45,354 nucleotides of DNA from an uncultured Prevotellaceae bacterium (GTDB lineage: Bacteria; Bacteroidota; Bacteroidia; Bacteroidales; Bacteroidaceae). The notes below the pieces were generated by a model, which had not been told where the DNA came from, did not search any database, and was given only the letters and a program-made list of their open reading frames with translations. The DNA is taken from assembly GCA_900321445.1 (NCBI GenBank), contig ONWB01000016.1:1-45354 (forward strand). The letters are read 5' to 3'. Below are positions 8,820 through 18,038 of the stretch, in pieces. Within the stretch, counting starts at the first letter, position 1; every line of letters starts with the position of its first letter. Made by a program: the position numbers and the translations under genes.

Positions 8820-11204
8820 TTAGAAACCGACGCGCAGGTCGAAGCCGAGGTGGAAGGGCTCGCCATATTGCGCGTAGCGGCGCGACATGGAGAGGAAGGA
8901 GAAGGCTTCGTAGTGCCCGTTCGTGAGATTGCGTCCCCAGAGTGTGAGACGCAGATTGTCCCAAAGTTCTATACCGAGGCTTGCATTCAGCCGAGCCGCA
9001 AAAGGACGACGCATCGTGTTGGCTTCGTCCCAATAGATGTTGCCTTCGCCCGTCAGGCTTAGGCCAGCGAAGATTGCGCGCAGGGCGTTGCCGCCGAGTT
9101 CGTGGTGCACGTCGGCGGTCAGCGCGAGTGTGTGGAGAGGTGCGAAGGGCACGCGCTTTCCCTTATATACGCTTGTGAACTTGCTGTCCGCCAGTCCGTA
9201 GGCTAGCGTGGCGTCGAGGGTTGTGCGCTTCGGCGTGCTGAAGTCGTGGCGGAGGTTGAGGGCGATTTCGGCGCCAAGGGTGCGGCTCTCGCCAGCGTTC
9301 ACTATCTCACGCCCCATGCCGCTGGTGGCAAATCGCGACACCTGCAGGTCGTGCGTGCGCATCCAGAATGCGGCGGCGTCGAGCTGCAGTTCTCCCAGCT
9401 TGAGGTGGCATCCTACTTCGTGGTTCCAGGACGTCTCGGGCTCGTAGGCGAGTTGTTCGACGCTGGGCTCTGCGGGAGTGTTAGCGTCAACCAACCCCGC
9501 CATGCCGCCGACGGCTTTTTCCTTCGACTCGTCGGAGAGTGGCAGGGCGAGGATGGTCTGTGTGCTGAAGTCTTTCATCTCCAACATGATGTTGCGACGT
9601 AGTTTGTTCTGTGAGAGGTCGCTGTAGTTCTCCATGTTGTAGCCTCCAGCACGGTAGCCTCGTGAGACGCTACCATAGATAGTGCCTTTGCCGTTGGGCA
9701 GTTCGTAGGTAACGGCCATTTTCGGCAGGCATTTCAGCGCGCTTATCCTGTCCTTGCCGCGCAGTATGGCTTGAGAGGCGAAGGCTTCGTCGATAAGCAG
9801 GCCGTAGGTGGGTATGTCGAGGTGGAAGGTGTAGTTGTACTGTGTGTCGGAGGAGGCCAGGCGCAGGCGGTGCATCTCGTAGTCGAGGCGGAATCCCGCC
9901 GTCAGCGAGAGGCCTTCCGTGAACACGTCCTTCAGCGTGGATTGGTGGAAGACGGCGATGTTCGCCCCGGGTGAGGTAAGTGAGGCGTAGAAGGGCAGCT
10001 CGTCGTCGGTGAAGCGCAGTGTGATGAAGTTGGGGATTACGCGCTGGAACGTCGTGTTCAGGAAGTCCACGCCGTCGGCGTAGAAGTTGACGGGGCATGT
10101 CGTGCGTTTGCGGTCGGCAGCGACGAAGAGTCCGCTTGTCCACTGCCAGCGTTGGTTGCCGCGGTTGCGCAGCAGCAGCTCCTCGCTGAATGCGCCGTAC
10201 CGCTGCTTTTGGTTTAGGGAGAAGATGTCGGCGCGGATGTAGTCTTGGTCCATGAATAGGCGGTCGCGCAAGAACTGCAGGGAGGTGACTGACTTCAGGA
10301 TGAGCTTCTGCGACGTCCATCCAGCCACGAAGCCTGTTGTGAGCAGGCTGCGGCGGTATGACGACTGGCGGTTTTGCGTGATGCTCCTCATGAGGTCGTC
10401 TTTGCGCACGCCGTCGCGGTTGGGGAAGTAGGCGCCGTCGTCGGCACCAGTGAGGACGTAGGGATTGCTGTCCTCGTCGCTGTACTGATATGATGCCGTC
10501 AGGTCCAGCCGCCATGCGTCGGAGACCTTCCATGCGGCTCGCATGCGCAGTCCGCCGAGGCTTTCGGCGTCGGCGCTGCGGTCGGTGGTTGCGTTGTGGC
10601 GGAATCCCTTGTCGTCGCGCACGAATCCGCCGATGCTCAGTGCGAAGTTGCTGGCAGGATGCAGGTATGTCTGTGCGCTCGCACGCAGGCCGTTGTTCCT
10701 TGTCGAGCCTGCGAGCATGATGTTCGTACCGCGATGCAGCAGCGGGTCGGCGGTAGTGATGCGCAGCAGTCCGCCCATTGCACTACGTCCGTAGAGCGTG
10801 CCGGCGGGGCCTCGCAGGATGTCGATGCGCTCGGCGTCGAGGAGTTTGTCCATGACGGGGACGTCGTCGATATACATTCCCACGGCGGGCGCTCCGGAGC
10901 GCGAGCCTACGCCGCGGATGTAGGCGGCGGATGTCAGGCGCGAGCCGTAGGTGGGCATGTAGAGGTTCGGGGCGAGTGCGGAGATGTCCTTCGGTGCCGC
11001 AATGCGCCGGCGCTCGATGTCGGTGCTGCCGACGGAGGTGAAGGAAATGGGCTGCTGTAGCAGGGCGACGTGGTCCTTTGCGGAGCCCATGACGACGGCT
11101 TCGTCGATGACGTAGCGCGGGTCGAGGGTGTCGCGCGGCGTCTGTGCTGCGAGCGTCGCCGTAGTCAACAGCAGGGCAAATATGTAGAAAATACGTTGTT
11201 TCAC
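8820..11204 (-). CDS. TonB-dependent receptor
   Basis: Signal peptide from GTG 11204; plug motif ERIDILRGPAGTLYGR; C-terminal outer-membrane F (LRVGF). Confidence 0.9.
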   Translation of the reverse strand: MKQRIFYIFALLLTTATLAAQTPRDTLDPRYVIDEAVVMGSAKDHVALLQQPISFTSVGSTDIERRRIAAPKDISALAPNLYMPTYGSRLTSAAYIRGVGSRSGAPAVGMYIDDVPVMDKLLDAERIDILRGPAGTLYGRSAMGGLLRITTADPLLHRGTNIMLAGSTRNNGLRASAQTYLHPASNFALSIGGFVRDDKGFRHNATTDRSADAESLGGLRMRAAWKVSDAWRLDLTASYQYSDEDSNPYVLTGADDGAYFPNRDGVRKDDLMRSITQNRQSSYRRSLLTTGFVAGWTSQKLILKSVTSLQFLRDRLFMDQDYIRADIFSLNQKQRYGAFSEELLLRNRGNQRWQWTSGLFVAADRKRTTCPVNFYADGVDFLNTTFQRVIPNFITLRFTDDELPFYASLTSPGANIAVFHQSTLKDVFTEGLSLTAGFRLDYEMHRLRLASSDTQYNYTFHLDIPTYGLLIDEAFASQAILRGKDRISALKCLPKMAVTYELPNGKGTIYGSVSRGYRAGGYNMENYSDLSQNKLRRNIMLEMKDFSTQTILALPLSDESKEKAVGGMAGLVDANTPAEPSVEQLAYEPETSWNHEVGCHLKLGELQLDAAAFWMRTHDLQVSRFATSGMGREIVNAGESRTLGAEIALNLRHDFSTPKRTTLDATLAYGLADSKFTSVYKGKRVPFAPLHTLALTADVHHELGGNALRAIFAGLSLTGEGNIYWDEANTMRRPFAARLNASLGIELWDNLRLTLWGRNLTNGHYEAFSFLSMSRRYAQYGEPFHLGFDLRVGF

Positions 11205-11209
11205 GGCTG

Positions 11210-11240
11210 CAAAGGTACGAGAATCGCGCGTCTTGGGCAA
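11210..11240 (-). promoter_or_regulatory. Promoter of the TonB receptor gene (probably leaderless transcript)
   Basis: Minus-strand TTG, 20-nt spacer, TACCTTTG (11217-11210), only 5 nt before GTG 11204. Confidence 0.65.
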
Positions 11241-11312
11241 TCCTCATTTATTGGTAAATGGTGCTGAACATACGTTGAAACGGCTAATGCCTGACGTCCG
11301 ACGGGTATTGTC

Positions 11313-11441
11313 CAGCGAGTTGCGCAGCTCGAGATTTTTAGCAGGGAGGAAAAGGGTGAGTTCCTTGGGCGAAAATGGTTTTTCCTGCGTCGAAAAAACG
11401 TAAAGATCCGTGCTCGAGATACGAAAATGCGCACCTCGACG
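11313..11441 (+). repeat. Dispersed dyad-symmetric element, copy A
   Basis: Gapless 100-bp core (11321-11420) matches 37237-37336 and the reverse complement of 21641-21740. Confidence 0.9.
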
Positions 11442-11455
11442 AGGCAAGGTGCGCA
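11424..11455 (-). terminator. Probable terminator of the DUF4301 gene, overlapping the arm of repeat copy A
   Basis: Minus strand TGCGCACCT-N10-AGGTGCGCA-TTTT, about 45 nt after the stop codon. Confidence 0.55.
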
Positions 11456-11499
11456 TATTATAGGTTAACGTCTATTGGCTATTGTTTAACGGTTGTTGC

Positions 11500-13014
11500 C
11501 TATTGGTGTTGCTCGCGGAAAAGGTCGTTGACGGTCTTTACGGGATTGAACGTTTCGAGGGGAACTTCCACGAAGATGGTGTTCCAGTCGCTCATTGCGC
11601 CGTTCCAAAGCCCGGGCAGCTCGAGCGCCTTCAGTTCGCGTCCGTCCTTGCTCTTGTGAGATATGAAGCCGGTTTGCGGATCTACGTAGTCGGGCAGGTT
11701 GAAGGCCTCGCCGCGGAAGTCGCGCAGGCCGCAAACGAGGTCAACGGGGTTGAAGTGCGTGCCACCCTCGAACATCTGCTTCTTCTCGGGGTCGGACATG
11801 TCGATTTGCGAGCTTTCGAGGATTTGTAGCGACACGGTGCCGTCGGGGTTGTAGGCGCGGAAGGGGCCGCCGCCGGGCTCGCCCACGTTCTTCACCATTC
11901 CGCACACGCGCAGCGGGCGGTTGAACTTTGTGAAGAGGTAGTCGGCAAGTTCGAGGTCGGCGAAGCTGCGGTCGGTGTGGCAGCAGAGCGTGTCCTCGAG
12001 GTAGCGCAGCATCTCGTCCATGTCCTCGCGCTCGGGCAGTCCGCCGTCGAGTTGCTCGAGATAGTCGAAGATGCGCTCCTGCTCGCTGACGAGTATGCCG
12101 GCGAGGAGCTTCTTGTAGAGTACGGTGCTGTCTTTCAGGCGGTCGGGCACGACGTTGTCGATGTTCTTGATGAAAACGACGTCGGCGCTGATGTCGTTGA
12201 GGTTTTCGATGAGGGCGCCGTGGCCTCCGGGGCGGAAGAGCAGTGTGCCGTCGTCGTTACGGAAGGGCGTGTTGTCGAGATTTACAGCCACCGTGTCGGT
12301 GGATGGCTTCTGCTCAGAGAAGCTTACGTCGAACTTTGCGCCGTGCTTCTCGGCTATGGCAGCCTGCTTTTCCTCCACCAGCTTCTGGAAGAGCGGGCGG
12401 TGTTCGGGCGAAACGGTAAAGTGTACGCGCACGTTGCCTTCGGCGTCCTTGGCATAGAGTGCACCCTCGACGAGGTGCTCTTCTGCGGGCGTGCGTGCAC
12501 CTTCGTCGTAGTTGTGGAACTTCAGGAGCCCCTTTGGCAGTTTTCCGTAGCCGAGTCCTTCGGTGCTGAGCAGTGTGCTGACGATGTCGCGGCGTCGGTT
12601 GGCTGCCAAGAGTGCTTCGATGCCGATGCCGTGAACCTTCTTGCATGCTGCATCAAGGTCGGCGTAGAATGCTGCCGTCTTGAGGTTCTGGAAGAAAGTC
12701 TTGAGGAATGGCGTGTCCTCGTGGCCCTGCGAGGCGTCGAGGTAGGCGAAGAGGTCCTTGAACATGCGGCTTGCAGCACCGCTTGCGGGCACGAACTTCA
12801 CGACCTCGTGATTGTCGGCGAGGTATGCGTCCCATGCCGCCAGCGCGCTCTGCGTCTCCTCCTCTGTGGGGCGAAGGATGCCGGCGCCGATGGTGGCTGC
12901 TCCGTCGAGCTCAAGAAATGGGAAACCTGTGGCGAACGCTGCAAGCTGAGCGTTGAGCTTTTCCTCGCTGATGCCTTTGGCAGCGAGGAGGGCTTTGTCT
13001 TTTTCGTTGATCAT
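11500..13014 (-). CDS. DUF4301 family protein (nucleotidyltransferase-like)
   Basis: KFVPASGAASRMFK, FRPGGHGALIENL, GEPGGGPF and LELPGLWNGAM motifs. Confidence 0.9.
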   Translation of the reverse strand: MINEKDKALLAAKGISEEKLNAQLAAFATGFPFLELDGAATIGAGILRPTEEETQSALAAWDAYLADNHEVVKFVPASGAASRMFKDLFAYLDASQGHEDTPFLKTFFQNLKTAAFYADLDAACKKVHGIGIEALLAANRRRDIVSTLLSTEGLGYGKLPKGLLKFHNYDEGARTPAEEHLVEGALYAKDAEGNVRVHFTVSPEHRPLFQKLVEEKQAAIAEKHGAKFDVSFSEQKPSTDTVAVNLDNTPFRNDDGTLLFRPGGHGALIENLNDISADVVFIKNIDNVVPDRLKDSTVLYKKLLAGILVSEQERIFDYLEQLDGGLPEREDMDEMLRYLEDTLCCHTDRSFADLELADYLFTKFNRPLRVCGMVKNVGEPGGGPFRAYNPDGTVSLQILESSQIDMSDPEKKQMFEGGTHFNPVDLVCGLRDFRGEAFNLPDYVDPQTGFISHKSKDGRELKALELPGLWNGAMSDWNTIFVEVPLETFNPVKTVNDLFREQHQ

Positions 13015-13290
13015 GGTATTGTTGTGTTTTTAATATACGGTAAAAAGTTCTTACCCCTCGGCAATGGGCTGTCCGGGGAAGAACGTCATGGCTTCCTCTG
13101 CATCGTTGACAGGGCAGGGGGGCATGGAGTGTGCGAAAAGTCGTAGCAGGGAAAGTGTTTTTTCGCGTGGCGAAGCTTTTGGAGGTAGAGATTTCTGCAT
13201 AGGCTTCAAGGGAATTTGCTTTTGTTATATTATCATAACGCATTCGCGCGTGATTTATTATATAACATTGCACAAATTTTTTTCCTGAGT

Positions 13291-13380
13291 GCAGAAAAAG
13301 GGAGTTAAGGGCGTTAGGCGCTTTGGTTTTGCTGGGCGAACCAGCTTACCGGTAGCAGCTAACTTCCTTAACTCCCCTGC
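13291..13380 (-). terminator. Large branched stem-loop downstream of the wzc-like gene
   Basis: GGGAGTTAAGG (13300-13310) / CCTTAACTCCC (13366-13376) inverted repeat with internal hairpins; T5 tail on the minus strand. Confidence 0.55.
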
Positions 13381-13397
13381 TTTATCTGACTGCGTGC

Positions 13398-15830
13398 TTA
13401 GTCTTCGTCCTTGCCGTAGTAGCCGTAGGCTTCCTTGCCGCTTCGGCCGTAGCCGTAGCCATAGCCGTAGCCGTAGCCGTAGTGGTAGCCGTAACGATAG
13501 CTGCCGTAGCGGCTGCTGACGTAGTTCGTGCCGTTAAGCAACAGGCTCATGTTCTGATATTTGTTCTCGGTGTAGAGCTCGTCGATGTCCTTCAGCAGAC
13601 GGCGGTCCATCACGCCTACGCGCACCACGAAGAGTGTGGCATCGGCGTAGTCCTTGATGATGGTGGCGTCGGCGACGATTTCCACTGGCGGGCAGTCCAC
13701 GAGCACATAGTCGTAGTTCTCGCGAGCGTAGTCGATGACGTCCTTCATCTGCTTTGTGAGCAGGAGCTCCGTCGGGTTGGGTGGAATGATGCCCACGGGG
13801 AGCACATCGACGCCCTCGCCGAATGCTGCGGGCAGGATGTAGTCGCTGATATTCCCAGTGCCGGAGGCGAGATAGCTTGTGATGCCCGTCTTCGGCCGCT
13901 TGGGCAACATGTGGCTAAGGCTTGCGCGGCGAACATCGAGGTCGATGCAGAGCACGCGCTTCTTCTTCAACGCTATTGATACGCCGAGGTTCGCTGTGAT
14001 GAAGGTCTTACCGGAACCAGGGTTGAAGCTCGTGATCATGATGACCTTGCGGTCGGTATCCTCCTTGCTGAGGAAGAAGTCGAGCTTCGTGCGCACGAGA
14101 CGGAAGCTCTCGTTGATCATGTCGCGCTTGTTGGGCTGTATGACAATCTTGCGAGTGGCAGCCTTCTTGCGCTCCCAGAAGTGCTTCTTGCGCTCCATCG
14201 TGGGAATTTCGCCAAGCAGCGGCGCCTGCATGCCCTCGAGGTCCTTGCGTCCGCGGACGGTCTTGTTGAGGATTTCGCGCAGGTAGATGATAGCCGCGGG
14301 AATTGCCAAGCCCAGTAAGAGGCCAACGAGCAGAATCATCTTCTTGTTCGGCGCTGCGGGCGCAGAGCTTCCGATGGGCGGCTGTATGATGCGCGTGTTC
14401 CATGCCGTGTAGGCTTTGGAAAGCTCGTTCTCCTCGCGCTTCTGCAGTAGGTAGATGTAAAGCGACTCCTTCACCTTCTGCTGACGTTCTACGCCGAGCA
14501 GCTGTCGAGCTTGGCGCGGATTTGCAGCAATCTTCTCGTTGGTTTCTCCTTCCGAGCGCTCGAGGTTTGCGAGCTGCGCCTTCAGCTGTGCGATGACGTT
14601 GCTCAGCGAACGAAGGATGGCGGTGCGCTGTTCGCGCAGCTGCTCGTCCATAGCCTGGATGATGGGCGACGTCTCGGAGCTGTTGGCGAGGAGTTCGTTG
14701 CGGCGCAGTGTCGTCTGGTTGTACGACTGTATAACACTCTCGATACCTCCTGCAGAGATCGTGTTCGAGGGCAGCAAATGTCCGAGTTCGGAGTTCTGGC
14801 GCATGTGTTGCTCCAGATATTGTGCCATCGCGATCTGGTTGTTCAGGTCAAGTATCGTGCTATAGTTTTGCTGGCTGCGGTTCATGATCATCCCGCTGGC
14901 TGCCGTCACGTCGGGCAGGAGGTTCTGACTCTTGTAGTCGGCGATGTCGCGATCGACGTCGCCCAGTTCCTGCGCGAGTGTGTTAAGACGCTCGTTGATG
15001 AAGTCGGAGGTACTTTCCGCCATGCGGTTCTTGTCCCTGAGCCAACTCTCGTTATAGACGTCGATGAGGGTGAGGATGACGTCAGAGGCGCGTGCGGGAA
15101 CCTCGTCCTGCACCGTCAGCTGGAGGATTGAACTCTGCTTGTCGGTGATGGAGACGCCGAGTCGGCCGGCGTACATGCCGCCGATGGCCTTTACGGGAGA
15201 TTTCGTGACGCTGATGTCCTCGTTGAACCACTGGTCGCCGTATTCCGTTGTAGGCGTGAGCGTGATTGTTCCAAAGGGAGCGCGTATGGCTTGTCCAAGC
15301 GTGGCGTTGATTTCCTTGCCCGTTTCCACACCAGCTACCGTAATGTCCTCGAGGCGTACCTTCTTGTTCGGAGCGAGCTTCAGCGTGAAGCTGAAAGCAT
15401 CCTGCGGGTCGATGTCGGTACCGAGGGTGATTGTTACGGGTGCGTCGTTGTAGAGGGGATGGTCGTAGAGGCGCTGACGTACGGTCATCTCGACGTCGAG
15501 GTGCAGCCTCTGTGCTACTTCCTCCATCAGCACGGGTGCAGAAATGACGGTCTGCTCGTTGATGATGTTGGACTTTCCGGCTATGAGGCCAAGGTCGGCA
15601 AACTCCTGGTTTGTAGAGGTTGTCGTACCGTCGTTTTCGTCCTTGATGAGTAGCATCGCCGAGCGGGTGTAGGTGGGCGTGGTGCTCAGAATCTTGAACA
15701 CCGCTGCGCTAAGACAGATGATGAGTGCAAGCAGGAACCAGTACCATTTTCCAAGCATCATGAAGAATAGCTCTTCAAAGTTGAAGCTCTGGTCCTCTTG
15801 GTTTCTTGCGTTAAGTTCTTCTGTTGTCAT
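13398..15830 (-). CDS. wzc: Polysaccharide copolymerase / BY-kinase (Wzc family)
   Basis: Two TMs flanking a coiled-coil periplasmic domain; Walker A PGSGKT, A' IDLDVR, B VLVDCPP; C-terminal Tyr cluster. Confidence 0.9.
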   Translation of the reverse strand: MTTEELNARNQEDQSFNFEELFFMMLGKWYWFLLALIICLSAAVFKILSTTPTYTRSAMLLIKDENDGTTTSTNQEFADLGLIAGKSNIINEQTVISAPVLMEEVAQRLHLDVEMTVRQRLYDHPLYNDAPVTITLGTDIDPQDAFSFTLKLAPNKKVRLEDITVAGVETGKEINATLGQAIRAPFGTITLTPTTEYGDQWFNEDISVTKSPVKAIGGMYAGRLGVSITDKQSSILQLTVQDEVPARASDVILTLIDVYNESWLRDKNRMAESTSDFINERLNTLAQELGDVDRDIADYKSQNLLPDVTAASGMIMNRSQQNYSTILDLNNQIAMAQYLEQHMRQNSELGHLLPSNTISAGGIESVIQSYNQTTLRRNELLANSSETSPIIQAMDEQLREQRTAILRSLSNVIAQLKAQLANLERSEGETNEKIAANPRQARQLLGVERQQKVKESLYIYLLQKREENELSKAYTAWNTRIIQPPIGSSAPAAPNKKMILLVGLLLGLAIPAAIIYLREILNKTVRGRKDLEGMQAPLLGEIPTMERKKHFWERKKAATRKIVIQPNKRDMINESFRLVRTKLDFFLSKEDTDRKVIMITSFNPGSGKTFITANLGVSIALKKKRVLCIDLDVRRASLSHMLPKRPKTGITSYLASGTGNISDYILPAAFGEGVDVLPVGIIPPNPTELLLTKQMKDVIDYARENYDYVLVDCPPVEIVADATIIKDYADATLFVVRVGVMDRRLLKDIDELYTENKYQNMSLLLNGTNYVSSRYGSYRYGYHYGYGYGYGYGYGRSGKEAYGYYGKDED
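13446..13493 (-). repeat. (TACGGC)n hexamer repeat encoding the YG tyrosine cluster
   Basis: GCCGTA-type unit x6 (13446-13481, one variant GCCATA) plus a further copy at 13488-13493. Confidence 0.85.
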
Positions 15831-15856
15831 CCGTAGATTCTTTTATATTTTCGGCG

Positions 15857-15864
15857 CAAAGGTA
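15857..15864 (-). promoter_or_regulatory. -7 promoter element of wzc
   Basis: TACCTTTG on the minus strand, 26 nt before the ATG. Confidence 0.7.
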
Positions 15865-15969
15865 TATCTTTTTCAAAGATACTACACCAAATTCTTGTTT
15901 TATTTGCGTAAAAATGTGATAAATGGTTGTCGATGATACTTGCAGGTGCAATGTTGGGCTAACATTATC

Positions 15970-16020
15970 GCACTATTGTGTCGTTATGTAGCGCTATCGT
16001 GTCGTTTTGTCGCACTAATG
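15970..16020 (+). repeat. Degenerate 21-bp tandem repeat (about 2.4 units)
   Basis: gcactattgtgtcgttatgta / gcgctatcgtgtcgttttgtc / gcactaatg. Confidence 0.65.
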
Positions 16021-17934
16021 AATTGTGACGTTGGTGATAGTGCTGCGGAACTCGCCCGACTGCAGGAGGGGGAAGCGCAGTGTGGGAACCCACGCCATGC
16101 GTGCTTTCGTGTCCTCGGTCTCTACCCAATGGCGGCGCAGCTCCTGCTGGAGTTTTCCATCGACGAAGAGGCGCGTACTCTCGTTGTCGCCTTCGATAGT
16201 GAGGCGTATGCGGCCTTCTGTAGGCATGACGTAGTCGAAACGAATGAGGTAGCCGTCGCGCTCGAAGGCGAGGTGGCCTTCTTCGGGGTCGCAGAGGTAG
16301 AAGCGTGCGTCGAGGTCTTCGGTGAGTATCGTGCCGAGTTCTTCAAGCTGGCAGTCGATGGTCATGGAGATGGAGTATGGATATCCCAGCGACGTAGGTC
16401 CTGCCGGCGCGACGCGTTCTGTTTCGGGTTTCAGGGTCTCAATGTAGTAGGGACGTCCCTTGAGTCCGAGCTGATCTACGCCTGGGGCTTCGGAGATGTT
16501 TGTGCGCAGCGAGTCGAACACGGCGTATGGCACGCTTGTCGATGCTCCTGCCCACGTCTTCTGCGCTATCGTTTGCAGCGCGGGGAAGAGGCGGTGATGG
16601 ATGTCGGCGGTGGAGATGCCGTTGCCTGGGTGGTCGTTCCAAACAGCAGCCATGCCACCTTCGATTTGTGGGTCGCCTTCGTCAAATTGTACGTTGCCGA
16701 AGTTTGCGGGCGTCCAGTTCTCGTAGAGATACTTGCAGTTGAGGTAGTCGTAGTAGTAGCCTGCTGCGGGCACGATGTACACGAGTCCGTCGGGGATGGA
16801 GAGCAGCTGGTAGCCCAGGTCGTGCATTTCCTTGGGGTTGGCGTAGTCGTTGGACCAGCAGTACATGAGTACATCCTTCGTGCGCACGGGTGTTTCGCCC
16901 TTGGCGTGTGTGAGCGAGCCCCAGCATGCTGCACGTTTGCCGTATTGCTGGACGAATCCGAGGTAGCGGTCGGTCATGGCGCGGAAGGCTTCGACTACTT
17001 CCGGCTTGCGGTTGTTGTACTCGTCGGTGCCGATGTGGAAGTATTTTCCTGTGAATACGGGGTCTGCGGGATCGACGTATTCAGCCAGCAGACTGTCGAG
17101 GAACGTGTAGGTGTTGGGGTGGAAGAGGTCGAGGTGGTCGTCGCCATATCCTTTGGAGGCCAGCTCGGGGCGCAGCCGCGTGAAAGATAGCGAGTGTGCG
17201 GGGAAGTCGATTTCCGGAATGATCTCGACGCAGTGCTGCCGTGCGAACTCCTGCAGTTGCTGGAACTCGAATTTTGTGTAGAAGCCGTCCTGCGCTGTGA
17301 GCTCGGGGAAGAGGTCGCTTTCGAGGCGGAATGCTTCGTACGTCTGCTTCCAGTCGTTGTGGTAGTACTTGGGGAATCCGTTGTCGTTCAGGTGAATGTG
17401 CAGTGTGTTGAGCTTGTGGTAGCTCATTGCACAGATGAGGTCCTCGAGGTAGTGTAGGGGGATGAACTTACGTCCCGCATCGACCATGAGTCCGCGCAGC
17501 GGGTATGCCGGCTTGTCCTCCATCGTTCCGCACGGCAGGCTTCTGTCTTGCGACTGCTCGCTGATTTGTATTAGCGTGCGCGTTGCCCAGTACATGCCCG
17601 TCGGCGTGGATGCACATAGCGTGGCTCCCTTTGGCGTCACCTCGATGGTGTAGGCTTCGTCGGCAAGGCTCTTGTCGAGTCGTAGTTCGATGTCGCCCTT
17701 GCGCGCCTTGCCCTCGTGGGTTTTTAGGGCTTTGCCGAAGATTGTTTGGTAGTCGTCGGCGAGTTGCTGTGCGACGTGCTTGAATGCGCCGCCACGGAAG
17801 CTGACACGGCTGGGTTGCGGGCATCGTCCTTCTGCGGACTGGAATGTTCCTACTTCAGGAATCGTGAAGGGCTTCTGTGCGCCTGCGGCCGTACAGAGCA
17901 GGCAGATGATGGCGATGAGGGTTGTGTGTTTCAT
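16015..17934 (-). CDS. Glycoside hydrolase family 20 (beta-N-acetylhexosaminidase-like), secreted
   Basis: Signal peptide; RGLMVDAGRKF, HIHLND and PEIDFPAH motifs; catalytic HIGTDE. Confidence 0.92.
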   Translation of the reverse strand: MKHTTLIAIICLLCTAAGAQKPFTIPEVGTFQSAEGRCPQPSRVSFRGGAFKHVAQQLADDYQTIFGKALKTHEGKARKGDIELRLDKSLADEAYTIEVTPKGATLCASTPTGMYWATRTLIQISEQSQDRSLPCGTMEDKPAYPLRGLMVDAGRKFIPLHYLEDLICAMSYHKLNTLHIHLNDNGFPKYYHNDWKQTYEAFRLESDLFPELTAQDGFYTKFEFQQLQEFARQHCVEIIPEIDFPAHSLSFTRLRPELASKGYGDDHLDLFHPNTYTFLDSLLAEYVDPADPVFTGKYFHIGTDEYNNRKPEVVEAFRAMTDRYLGFVQQYGKRAACWGSLTHAKGETPVRTKDVLMYCWSNDYANPKEMHDLGYQLLSIPDGLVYIVPAAGYYYDYLNCKYLYENWTPANFGNVQFDEGDPQIEGGMAAVWNDHPGNGISTADIHHRLFPALQTIAQKTWAGASTSVPYAVFDSLRTNISEAPGVDQLGLKGRPYYIETLKPETERVAPAGPTSLGYPYSISMTIDCQLEELGTILTEDLDARFYLCDPEEGHLAFERDGYLIRFDYVMPTEGRIRLTIEGDNESTRLFVDGKLQQELRRHWVETEDTKARMAWVPTLRFPLLQSGEFRSTITNVTIH

Positions 17935-17959
17935 CTGTGTCGTGTGTTGTTAGGAAATA

Positions 17960-17996
17960 CTGCAGGCGTACGGAAGGATTTCCCGTGCGCCCGCAG
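17960..17996 (-). terminator. Stem-loop after the EF-G2 gene
   Basis: CTGCGGGCGCACGGGAA/TTCCGTACGCCTGCAG hairpin with a weak U tail. Confidence 0.55.
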
Positions 17997-18038
17997 ATTA
18001 AACAAAGTCATATACAAATTGTTCGGGGTTGGAGAGTG

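Noticed and set aside
11244-11456. Small minus-strand ORFs sharing EKPFSPKE..AKNL.LR (11244-11456 and 37193-37381)
   Set aside because: They are translations of the DNA repeat; starts and ends differ and copy C does not preserve the peptide
13131-13205. Possible fourth degenerate copy of the 130-bp element (AGCAGGGAAAGTGTTTTTTCG, GGTAGAGATTTCTGCA)
   Set aside because: Only short patches match and the spacing differs; cannot be supported without a profile search
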